Source: Nitrospirota bacterium
Lineage (GTDB): Bacteria > Nitrospirota > UBA9217
Assembly: GCA_963790205.1 (NCBI GenBank)
Contig: CAWBNQ010000003.1
Coordinates: forward strand, 832,001 to 896,000
Length of the DNA stretch: 64,000 nt
Direction: 5' to 3'
Part shown: positions 40,854-49,069 of the stretch, in pieces
Layout of the letters: each line of letters begins with the position of its first letter
How positions within the stretch are numbered: the stretch's first letter is position 1
Made by a program: the position numbers and the translations under genes
The notes under the pieces: model-generated
Seen by the model: only the letters and a program-made list of their open reading frames with translations
Databases searched by the model: none
What the model was told of the DNA's origin: nothing

Positions 40854-42071
40854 GTGCTGATCGTTCAGAAATACGGCGGTACGTCGGTGGGAAACCCGGA
40901 GCGGATCAAGAACGTGGCAAAGCGTGTCGTCCGCACCAAGGAAGAGGGCCATGATGTTGTGGTGGTCCTCTCGGCCATGAGCGGCGAGACGGACAAACTG
41001 ATCAACCTTGCCAACCAAGTGAGTGAGAACCCGGATCCCCGTGAAATGGACATGCTGGTGTCCACGGGCGAGCGCGTGACCATCGCTCTTCTGGCCATGG
41101 CGATCCAGTCGCTCGGCCACAAGGCGCAGTCGTTTACCGGAAGGCAGGCGGGGATCGTCTCGGACAGCGTGCATACCAAGGCGCGGATAGAAAAGATCTC
41201 CGGTGAGCGGGTCAAACAGGCGATCAGGGAAGGGAAGATCGCCGTGGTCGCAGGATTCCAGGGCATCAACGAGCAGTCCGATGTAACGACGCTGGGCCGC
41301 GGAGGATCGGACCTTTCCGCCGTAGCAGTTGCGGCTGCGCTCAAGGCGGACCTCTGCGACATCTATACGGACGTGGACGGCGTGTATACGACGGACCCGA
41401 ACATGGTGCCGCAGGCCAGAAAACTCGACAAGATTTCCTATGACGAGATGCTTGAGCTGGCGAGCCTCGGGGCCAAGGTGCTCCAGACACGCTCTGTCGA
41501 GTTCGCTAAAAAATATAATGTTCCGGTAAGGGTACTCTCGAGTTTCAACGATAACCCGGGGACCCTCGTGACCAAGGAGGATCCTGATATGGAAAAAGTG
41601 GTGGTGTCCGGCGTGGCGTACGACAAGAACCAGGTAAAAGTGACGGTAACGGGCGTGCCGGACAAACCCGGCGTGGCAGCGAAAATATTCAACGAAATCT
41701 CGAACAACAATATCATCGTCGATATGATCATCCAGAACATCGGCGAGGGCGGGCTTACGGACATGTCCTTCACCGTGCCGAAGACGGATTCCAAAAAAAT
41801 CATGGAACTCATGAAGAAGGTCGTTGCCGAGATCGGCGCCAAGGGCGTTGCCGTGAAGGAAGATATAGCCAAGATATCGATCGTCGGCGTGGGTATGCGG
41901 TCCCACTCGGGCGTCGCCGCCAAGATGTTCTCCGCCATGGCCAAAGAGGGGATCAATATCATGATGATCAGCACGTCGGAGATCAAGATCTCCGTCGTGA
42001 TCGATGCCAAGTACACCGAACTCGCCGTCCGGGTGCTTCACGAAACCTTTGAGATGGACAAGGCCGCCTGA
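40854..42071 (+). CDS. lysC: Aspartate kinase
   Basis: [28 protein letters not shown] and two ACT domains. Confidence 0.97.
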   Translation: MLIVQKYGGTSVGNPERIKNVAKRVVRTKEEGHDVVVVLSAMSGETDKLINLANQVSENPDPREMDMLVSTGERVTIALLAMAIQSLGHKAQSFTGRQAGIVSDSVHTKARIEKISGERVKQAIREGKIAVVAGFQGINEQSDVTTLGRGGSDLSAVAVAAALKADLCDIYTDVDGVYTTDPNMVPQARKLDKISYDEMLELASLGAKVLQTRSVEFAKKYNVPVRVLSSFNDNPGTLVTKEDPDMEKVVVSGVAYDKNQVKVTVTGVPDKPGVAAKIFNEISNNNIIVDMIIQNIGEGGLTDMSFTVPKTDSKKIMELMKKVVAEIGAKGVAVKEDIAKISIVGVGMRSHSGVAAKMFSAMAKEGINIMMISTSEIKISVVIDAKYTELAVRVLHETFEMDKAA

Positions 42072-42152
42072 TTGCGGATTGTAGATTGCGAATTGCCGAA
42101 TAAAGACCTCTATTGATCGAAGCTTTTTAATCCGCATTCCGCAATTCGCAAT
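42071..42152 (+). repeat. Empty inverted heptamer tandem-repeat cassette
   Basis: ATTGCGG ATTGTAG ATTGCGA ATTGCCG ... CCGCATT CCGCAAT TCGCAAT. Confidence 0.8.
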
Positions 42153-43833
42153 GAGGATATTTGAAAAAGCGAATGATATTTCACAATACGATATGAAACC
42201 AAGCGTACAGCTCTACGATACCACGCTCCGCGACGGGGCGCAGGCCGAGGACGTGAACTTCTCGGTAGAGGACATGGTGCGCGTGGCCAGGAAACTTGAC
42301 CAGTTCGGGGTGCACTATATCGAAGGCGGATGGCCCGGATCCAACCCACGGGATGTGGAGTTTTTCAAGGAGATGCGTCGTGTCAAGCTGACGCGGGCCA
42401 AGCTCGTTGCCTTCGGGGCCACCCGGCGGGCCCGGCTCAAGGCACAGGAAGACCCCAGCCTGAAGGCCCTCGTTGCGTCCGGTGTCTCCGCGGCGACCAT
42501 CTTCGGCAAATCATGGGACCTCCATGTGCACAAGGCGCTCAGGACCACGCTCGACGAGAACCTTCATATGATCGCCGAATCGGTGGCGTTCCTGAAGAAG
42601 CATCTGGACAAAGTGTTTTATGACGCTGAGCACTTTTTCGACGGCTTTAAGGCGAATCCCGATTACGCAATCAAAAGCCTCCTGGCTGCGGAGCAGGCCG
42701 GGGCGGACTGCCTGGTGCTCTGCGATACGAACGGCGGCACATTGACGGCCGATCTCGAAAAGATTATCGCGATCGTCAAGCAGGGGATCAATGCGCCCTT
42801 CGGCATCCATGCCCATAACGATGCCGAGGTTGCGGTGGCAAATTCCCTTGCCGCCATCAGGCTGGGGGCGGTCCAAGTCCACGGGACGATCAACGGCTAT
42901 GGAGAGCGGTGCGGGAATGCCAACCTGTGTTCCATCATCCCGGCGCTTAAGCTTAAGATGGGGATGGACTGCATATCCGGAGCGAACCTCGCGAAGCTCC
43001 GGGATGTCTCCCGCTACGTCGATGAACTGGCAAACCTGCCCCATCGCAAGCGTCAGCCCTACATCGGCGACAGCGCCTTTGCGCACAAGGCAGGCGTTCA
43101 TGTCGATGCCGTGGCAAAGAGCCCGCTCACGTACGAGCACATCATTCCGGACCAGGTTGGGAACAAGAGGCGGATCCTCGTGTCCGACATGGCCGGGAAG
43201 AGCAACATCCTCCAGAAGGCCGCGGAACTGGGCATCCAACTTTCGAAGGACAGCCCGGAACTCGGCGCGATCCTCCGGAAGGTGAAGGAACTGGAGAACG
43301 AGGGCTACGAATTCGAAGGTGCCGAAGGGTCGCTCGAGCTCCTCATGCTGCGCGCAGGACACAATTACGAGTCTGTTTTTACCATGTTCGACCGCATCGA
43401 CTACCGTATCCTGACGGAAAAGCGGAAGGTCGACCCGCATCCCGTGAGCGAAGCGACCGTGACCGTCGAGGTGGGCGGGAAGGTGGAGCACACCGCTGCC
43501 TGGGGCAACGGGCCGGTGAACGCCCTGGACAAGGCGCTCCGCACGGTGCTGCCGAAATATTTCCCGGGCAGGGGCCTGGAGAACGTACGGCTGCTCGACT
43601 ATAAGGTGCGGGTGCTGACCGCTGCCGAGGGCACGGCCGCCCGGGTGCGGGTGCTCATCGAGTCCGGGGACGGCAAGAACAAATGGGGCACTGTCGGCGT
43701 GTCGGAAAACGTGATCGAGGCGAGCTGGCAAGCGCTCGTGGACAGCATCGAATACAAGCTTTTACGAACAGCGAAACAAACTTCAAAAAGAAAGCGGGTT
43801 CAGCCGCAAAGTCACAAAGCCACGAAGAAATAA
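42151..43833 (+). CDS. cimA: Citramalate synthase (start may be ATG 42193)
   Basis: YDTTLRDGAQ, EGGWPGSNP, FGKSWDLH, DAEHFFDG, HAHND, GERCGN and GNGPVNALD motifs. Confidence 0.93.
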   Translation: MRIFEKANDISQYDMKPSVQLYDTTLRDGAQAEDVNFSVEDMVRVARKLDQFGVHYIEGGWPGSNPRDVEFFKEMRRVKLTRAKLVAFGATRRARLKAQEDPSLKALVASGVSAATIFGKSWDLHVHKALRTTLDENLHMIAESVAFLKKHLDKVFYDAEHFFDGFKANPDYAIKSLLAAEQAGADCLVLCDTNGGTLTADLEKIIAIVKQGINAPFGIHAHNDAEVAVANSLAAIRLGAVQVHGTINGYGERCGNANLCSIIPALKLKMGMDCISGANLAKLRDVSRYVDELANLPHRKRQPYIGDSAFAHKAGVHVDAVAKSPLTYEHIIPDQVGNKRRILVSDMAGKSNILQKAAELGIQLSKDSPELGAILRKVKELENEGYEFEGAEGSLELLMLRAGHNYESVFTMFDRIDYRILTEKRKVDPHPVSEATVTVEVGGKVEHTAAWGNGPVNALDKALRTVLPKYFPGRGLENVRLLDYKVRVLTAAEGTAARVRVLIESGDGKNKWGTVGVSENVIEASWQALVDSIEYKLLRTAKQTSKRKRVQPQSHKATKK

Positions 43834-43891
43834 AAGGTTCGTTTTTAACTTAGTGTCTCGGCGTTTTTGCGGCTAGGCTTGAGGTATTACC

Positions 43892-44320
43892 ATGATCGAA
43901 GAAGAAGGCATCGTTGCTGAAGTGGAAGGCGACCTCGCCAAAGTTGCGATTCTGACGAAGAGCGCCTGCGAGAAGTGCGCCGCGTCGGGGGTCTGCCATC
44001 CCGGCGACCAGGAGTTCATGGAGGCCGTAAATCCGCTCGGCGCAAAAAAAGGGCAAAAAGTCAAAGTGGTCGTTGCCCCTCAGCTCTACCTCAAGGCTTC
44101 CCTCATACTCTACGGCTTCCCCATGGCGGCGTTCATCAGCGGGGCCATCATTGCCAAGAACCTGGCCGTGAAATACGGGTCTGAAGCGAATTCCGACCTC
44201 TGGGCCTTTTTCGCGGGAGCGGCGTGCCTGCTGGTTTCTTTTATCTTCATACGAGCGTATAATAAAAAGGTCGAAAAGACCCAGACGTACAAACCGAGGA
44301 TCGTCGAGATACTTTCCTGA
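43892..44320 (+). CDS. RseC/MucC-family membrane protein
   Basis: EEGIV...SACEKCAASGVC...N.LGAK.G..V followed by LYGFP and two TM helices. Confidence 0.85.
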   Translation: MIEEEGIVAEVEGDLAKVAILTKSACEKCAASGVCHPGDQEFMEAVNPLGAKKGQKVKVVVAPQLYLKASLILYGFPMAAFISGAIIAKNLAVKYGSEANSDLWAFFAGAACLLVSFIFIRAYNKKVEKTQTYKPRIVEILS

Positions 44321-44353
44321 GGAAGTCCACATTCAAGATAGGGCAGTGCATTT

Positions 44354-44620
44354 ATGAGACTTATTAAAACTCCCGATGAGGCAAAGAGGCTCGCCCGTAC
44401 CATTCTCTCTGATATTTTGCTGTACAATCAGGCAAAAGTCAAAGAGGGAATAGAGAAAGACAGCCTTTTCCAGGTTCTGACTGAAGAGCTCGCCGAAGGG
44501 AAAAAATACTACGAGAGCATGGTGGACCAGGAGGTTCGTCAGGCGACCAATTTTTTCAACGAGGCGGTCGTCGACGTGCTGCTGAAACAGGGGGGGAAGA
44601 TAAAGTCCGAGATATGGTAG
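44354..44620 (+). CDS. Hypothetical small helical protein
   Basis: 88-aa ORF filling the gap between the RseC-family gene and fusA2; protein-like composition. Confidence 0.75.
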   Translation: MRLIKTPDEAKRLARTILSDILLYNQAKVKEGIEKDSLFQVLTEELAEGKKYYESMVDQEVRQATNFFNEAVVDVLLKQGGKIKSEIW

Positions 44621-44668
44621 TCCCGTTCATAAGATAAACTAAAAAATATCAGCGAAAAGGAGCGTCTT

Positions 44669-46786
44669 ATGAAAAATACCGATATCAGGGAAATACGCAA
44701 CATCGCCATCCTGTCGCACGGCGCCGCGGGCAAGACGTCGCTTGCCGACGCCATGCTCTTCGCCGGGGGCGCGGTCGATCTTCAGGGCAGCGTCGACAAC
44801 AACACGTCGGTGTTCATGCACGAGCCCGAGGAGATCGCCAGAAAAATCACCATTACTGCGGCATTGGGCTTCGTCGACTGGAAGGGCGTGCGCATCAACA
44901 TTATCGACACTCCCGGCTATATCAACTTCCTCGAGGAAACCAAGGGTACGCTCCGCGCTGCTGACGGCGCTATCGTTATCGTGTCCGCGCTCTCCGGCGT
45001 CAAAGCCGAGACCGAGAAGATCTACAAATTCGCCTGCGACTACGAGATCCCCCGCATCGCCTTCGTGAGCAAACTCGACAAGGAGCGCGCCGATTTTTTC
45101 CGCGCCGTGGGCGACATGGAGAAATATTTCTGCAAAGGCTCCCTCATTCTTCAACTCCCCATCGGCCGCGAAGAGAATTTTATGGGCGTCATCGATCTGA
45201 TCAGGATGAAGGCGCTCTTCTTTGCCAAGGACGACAGCGGCAAGGTGGAGGAAAAAGAGATCCCCGGCACCATGAAGCAGGACGCCGCCGACTACCGGAA
45301 AAAACTGGTTGAACAGATCGCCGAGACGGAAGACAGTCTGCTCGAAAAATATCTGGAAAAGGGCGACCTCTCGCAAGAGGACCTGATCGCCGGGCTCAAG
45401 CACGGCACCCTGGGCGGCGGGCTCTTGCCGGTCCTGTGCGGCTCACCGGTCAGGAACATGGGCATACAGCAGCTCATGGATGCCGTGGTCATGTGCCTTC
45501 CGTCACCGGCTGAACGCGCCGGAATCGTGGCGATCAAAGGGAAGGACCCGAAAACCGACCAGGAGATCGCGCGCAAACCGAATCCCGATGAACCTCTCGC
45601 CGCGCTCGTTTTCAAGACCGTCATCGATCCCTTTGCCGGCAAGCTTTCCCTGGTACGGGTTTTTTCCGGTACGCTTAAGTCGGATTCCGCTGTTTATAAT
45701 TCGACGAAGCAGATAAAAGAAAAGATCGGGTCCTTGTTTCATGTCCAGGGGAAAAAGCAGGTTTCAGCGCAAGCGCTTTCCGCGGGACAGATCGGCGCCG
45801 TGGCCAAGCTCAAGGAAACATTGACCGGTGACACCCTCTGCGCCGAGGCCCAGCCGATCGTGCTCGATTTTGCGCATTTCATCGATCCGGTGATGTCTTT
45901 TGCCATCGAGCCGAAGTCACGGGGAGACGAAGACAAGGTAAGTTCGGGTCTCCACAAGCTTCTCGACGAAGACCCCACGCTCAGCTTTGCCTTTGACGAC
46001 CAGACCAAGGAAATGATCCTCTCGGGCATGGGCCAGGTGCATCTCGAGGTGACGCTCGAAAAGCTTAAGCGGAAATTCGGCGTTGACGTGAAGATGAAGA
46101 CCCCGAAGGTCCCTTACAAGGAAACCATCAGGACCAAAGCGAGCGCACAGGGCAAGTACAAAAAGCAGACCGGCGGCCACGGCCAGTACGGCGACGCGTG
46201 GCTCGAGATCGAGCCGCTGCCCCGCGGGAGCGGGTTCGAGTTCGTCGACCGGATCGTGGGCGGCGTGGTTCCCCGGCAGTATATACCGGCAGTTGAAAAG
46301 GGCGTGGCCGAGGCCATGCATGAAGGCGTGCTTGCGGGATATCCCATCGTGGACGTCAGGGTCGCGCTCTACGACGGCTCCTATCACACGGTGGATTCGT
46401 CCGAGATGGCGTTCAAAGTTGCCGCGTCCATGGCCTTCAAGAAAGCCATGGAAGCGGCCAAACCCGTCCTTCTCGAGCCCATTATGAGCGTCGAGGTGAT
46501 CGCGCCCGACGATACCCTGGGCGCCGTGATCGGAGACCTGAACTCGCGGCGCGGCAAAGTACAGGGAGTGGTCCCGCAGGCGAACGGGCAGACGATAAAA
46601 GCCATGGTCCCGATGTCCGAAATGCTTACCTACGCTCCCACGCTCAACTCTCTGACGAGCGGCAGGGGAATGTACTCCATGGAATACTTCGGCTATGAAG
46701 ACGTCCCGAGCCATCTGGCGCAAAAGATCATCCAGGAACGGGCCGCGCAACACGGCCACGCAAACCACAGCCAGAAAGAGAAATAA
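44669..46786 (+). CDS. Elongation factor G paralogue (EF-G2-like)
   Basis: EF-G architecture with divergent G motifs SHGAAGKTS, RKITI, DTPGY and SKLD; GMGQVHL; KQTGGHGQYG; HTVDSSE. Confidence 0.93.
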   Translation: MKNTDIREIRNIAILSHGAAGKTSLADAMLFAGGAVDLQGSVDNNTSVFMHEPEEIARKITITAALGFVDWKGVRINIIDTPGYINFLEETKGTLRAADGAIVIVSALSGVKAETEKIYKFACDYEIPRIAFVSKLDKERADFFRAVGDMEKYFCKGSLILQLPIGREENFMGVIDLIRMKALFFAKDDSGKVEEKEIPGTMKQDAADYRKKLVEQIAETEDSLLEKYLEKGDLSQEDLIAGLKHGTLGGGLLPVLCGSPVRNMGIQQLMDAVVMCLPSPAERAGIVAIKGKDPKTDQEIARKPNPDEPLAALVFKTVIDPFAGKLSLVRVFSGTLKSDSAVYNSTKQIKEKIGSLFHVQGKKQVSAQALSAGQIGAVAKLKETLTGDTLCAEAQPIVLDFAHFIDPVMSFAIEPKSRGDEDKVSSGLHKLLDEDPTLSFAFDDQTKEMILSGMGQVHLEVTLEKLKRKFGVDVKMKTPKVPYKETIRTKASAQGKYKKQTGGHGQYGDAWLEIEPLPRGSGFEFVDRIVGGVVPRQYIPAVEKGVAEAMHEGVLAGYPIVDVRVALYDGSYHTVDSSEMAFKVAASMAFKKAMEAAKPVLLEPIMSVEVIAPDDTLGAVIGDLNSRRGKVQGVVPQANGQTIKAMVPMSEMLTYAPTLNSLTSGRGMYSMEYFGYEDVPSHLAQKIIQERAAQHGHANHSQKEK

Positions 46787-48042
46787 TGTACAGAAAAGAC
46801 ACCCTCTCGAACGGCATACGGGTCGTGTCCGAAACCCTCCCGAAATCACGCTCCGTATCCATCGGCGTGTGGGTCAAGGTGGGCTCCCGGCATGAGCCGC
46901 CGGAGATCGGCGGCATATCACACTTCATCGAACATCTTTTTTTCAAAGGCACGCAGAAAAGGACCGCCAAGGACATCGCCATCGAGATGGATTCCATCGG
47001 CGGCGAGATGAATGCCTTCACTTCCCAGGAAACGACCACCTATTACGCAAAGGTGGTGGATGAGCACCTGCCCGTGGCCATCGATATCCTCTCCGATATT
47101 CTCCTCGGTTCCAAGTTCGATCCCGTGGAGATGGAGAAGGAGCGAAAGGTCATTCTTGAAGAGATCAAGGGGGTGGAAGATACGCCCGACGACTATATCC
47201 ACGAGCTCTTTACGAGCACGGTGTGGCCCGACAATCCGCTGGGCAGTCCCATCCTCGGGACCAAGGACACCATCAAGTCGCTTAAACACGAGAACATCAT
47301 AGCCTATATCGACAACTACTACAGCCCGAAAGAGATCGTGATCTCCGTGGCCGGCAATTTCGAGCATGCCCGTCTGATCGAGCTCCTGAACATGAGTTTC
47401 GGCAGGCTTTCGAGGACCGGTATTCCCAAAAAAGAGGGGACCCCGGCGTTCACCCGGGCAGTGGCGGTAAAGAAAAAACAGCTCGAACAGGTCCAGCTCT
47501 GCATCGGCTGCAAGGGTTTGAACTATACCCATGAAGACCGCTACGTGATCTCCGCGCTCAACACCGTGCTCGGGAACAGCATGAGCTCCCGTTTGTTCCA
47601 GGAAATTCGCGAGCAGAACGCGCTTGCCTACTCCATTTATTCTTACGTGACGTCTTACCGCGATACAGGACTCCTTACCGTGTATGCGGGAACTGATCCG
47701 TCGAACGCCCTTGAAGTGGCGCGGCTCGTTCTCAAGGAGTTTAAGAAAATAACCGAGGAGGGGATCACGCCCGCGGAAGAAACGAGGGTGAAGAACCAGA
47801 TCAAGGGGAGCCTCGTCCTCTCCCTCGAAAGCAGCAACAGCCACATGAGCCGGATCGCGCGGCAGGAAATGTATTACGGCAAATATGTGTCCATGGACGA
47901 CATCATCAGGGGAGTGGAGAAGGTCACCGCCGAGCAGGTGCAGCGCCTGGCGCAGCAGCTGTTCAGCCGGGAAAATCTTTCCCTGACCATCCTCGGACCG
48001 TTGAGCAGGGCTGATGTGCCGGATTCGGTGCTGGAGGTATAG
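46786..48042 (+). CDS. M16 (pitrilysin-family) zinc peptidase, cytoplasmic
   Basis: HFIEH inverted zinc motif, NAFT, MSSRLFQEIRE. Confidence 0.93.
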   Translation: MYRKDTLSNGIRVVSETLPKSRSVSIGVWVKVGSRHEPPEIGGISHFIEHLFFKGTQKRTAKDIAIEMDSIGGEMNAFTSQETTTYYAKVVDEHLPVAIDILSDILLGSKFDPVEMEKERKVILEEIKGVEDTPDDYIHELFTSTVWPDNPLGSPILGTKDTIKSLKHENIIAYIDNYYSPKEIVISVAGNFEHARLIELLNMSFGRLSRTGIPKKEGTPAFTRAVAVKKKQLEQVQLCIGCKGLNYTHEDRYVISALNTVLGNSMSSRLFQEIREQNALAYSIYSYVTSYRDTGLLTVYAGTDPSNALEVARLVLKEFKKITEEGITPAEETRVKNQIKGSLVLSLESSNSHMSRIARQEMYYGKYVSMDDIIRGVEKVTAEQVQRLAQQLFSRENLSLTILGPLSRADVPDSVLEV

Positions 48043-48049
48043 ATAATAA

Positions 48050-48511
48050 AGTCAGGAGTCTCTAGTCAGGAGTCAAGAGCCAGAAGATAAGAAAAAATGG
48101 AAAAGGCGCAGATCAAAACATGTAGAGATTTGATCGTTTGGCGGAAGGCTCATGTACTTGCTAGAAAGGTTTTAGCGATAAGCAGAAACTTTCCAAAAAC
48201 TGAGGAAGCAAAAATCATTAGAACCCAACTTATCAAATCATCAACATCGGTCCCGGCGAATATAGCCGAGGGTTTTGGGGAGAATAAATAAAGGAAAGGT
48301 ATTTCAAAATTGTCTGACAATAGCCAGACGGGAGGCGGGTGAAACCGACTACTGGCTGTTGTTGAGCTTGGAGGAAGGATTTATTGAAGATAAAAGCATA
48401 CAGGAAGATACGGAAGGCGGCTATCGGGATGTCATCGCAATGTTATCCTCTTTAATTTCAAAAATGTCGAAGTTTTCCAACTCCTGACTTTTGACTCTTG
48501 ACTCCTGACTT
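48050..48511 (+). repeat. Inverted heptamer tandem-repeat arms flanking the four-helix-bundle gene
   Basis: Left arm AGTCAGG AGTCTCT AGTCAGG AGTCAAG AGCCAGA; right arm CCTGACT TTTGACT CTTGACT CCTGACT (reverse complements). Confidence 0.85.
48097..48487 (+). CDS. Four-helix-bundle protein (23S rRNA IVS protein / bAvd-like family), frameshift near 48280
   Basis: DLIVWRKA...FPKTE...QLIKSSTSVPANIAEGFG, then FQNCLTIAR...ETDYWL in the next frame. Confidence 0.88.
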
Positions 48512-48964
48512 ATGAGTGATCACCTCGTTGTTCACATAACGCAGCTCAGGAATTCCAGCGGGCTCCCGATCCCTCACTATCAAACCGAACATTCCGCAGG
48601 CGTTGACCTCTACGCGGCAGTGGAAACCCAGGCGGTCATTGATGCGGGAACGTGGAAGCTCGTACCGACCGGGATTGCCATTGCCATCCCCGAGGGGTAT
48701 GAGGGGCAGGTGCGGCCCCGGAGCGGACTGGCGCTCAAGCACGGCATCGGCATGCTGAACGCGCCTGGCACCATTGACGCGGACTACCGCGGCGAGGTCA
48801 GCATAATCCTGTTCAATTTCAGCGATACGCCGTTTACGATCCATCGAGGAGATCGTATTGCGCAGCTTGTGTTTGCAAAGCTTGAAAAGGCGCGGTTCGA
48901 GATAGTCGATAACCTGTCCGCAACGGCGCGGGGCACAGGGGGGTTCGGGCATACGGGAAAGTAG
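48512..48964 (+). CDS. dut: dUTP diphosphatase
   Basis: AGVDL, RPRSGLA, PGTIDADYRGE, RIAQL and RGTGGFGHTG motifs. Confidence 0.97.
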   Translation: MSDHLVVHITQLRNSSGLPIPHYQTEHSAGVDLYAAVETQAVIDAGTWKLVPTGIAIAIPEGYEGQVRPRSGLALKHGIGMLNAPGTIDADYRGEVSIILFNFSDTPFTIHRGDRIAQLVFAKLEKARFEIVDNLSATARGTGGFGHTGK

Positions 48965-49069
48965 CATGTTCTCATTTCATCGCTGTATATTCGTTGACAG
49001 CTATGTTTACCTGTGGTAGAAAACATAAGCTTGTTCATTCTTTCAATCAAACTGATTGGAGATCCAACT

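Noticed and set aside
37242..43731. Long antisense ORFs (e.g. 37242-38639, 40830-42137, 42511-43731; also 27085-28422)
   Set aside because: They mirror well-supported sense genes, carry no recognisable motifs, and are the expected shadow of GC-rich codon usage.
48097..48487. bAvd-like gene as part of a diversity-generating retroelement
   Set aside because: No reverse transcriptase and no template/variable repeat pair is visible in the window.
35669..48511. Short repeat arrays as a CRISPR array
   Set aside because: Units are 7-9 nt and contiguous, with no unique spacers and no cas genes in the window.
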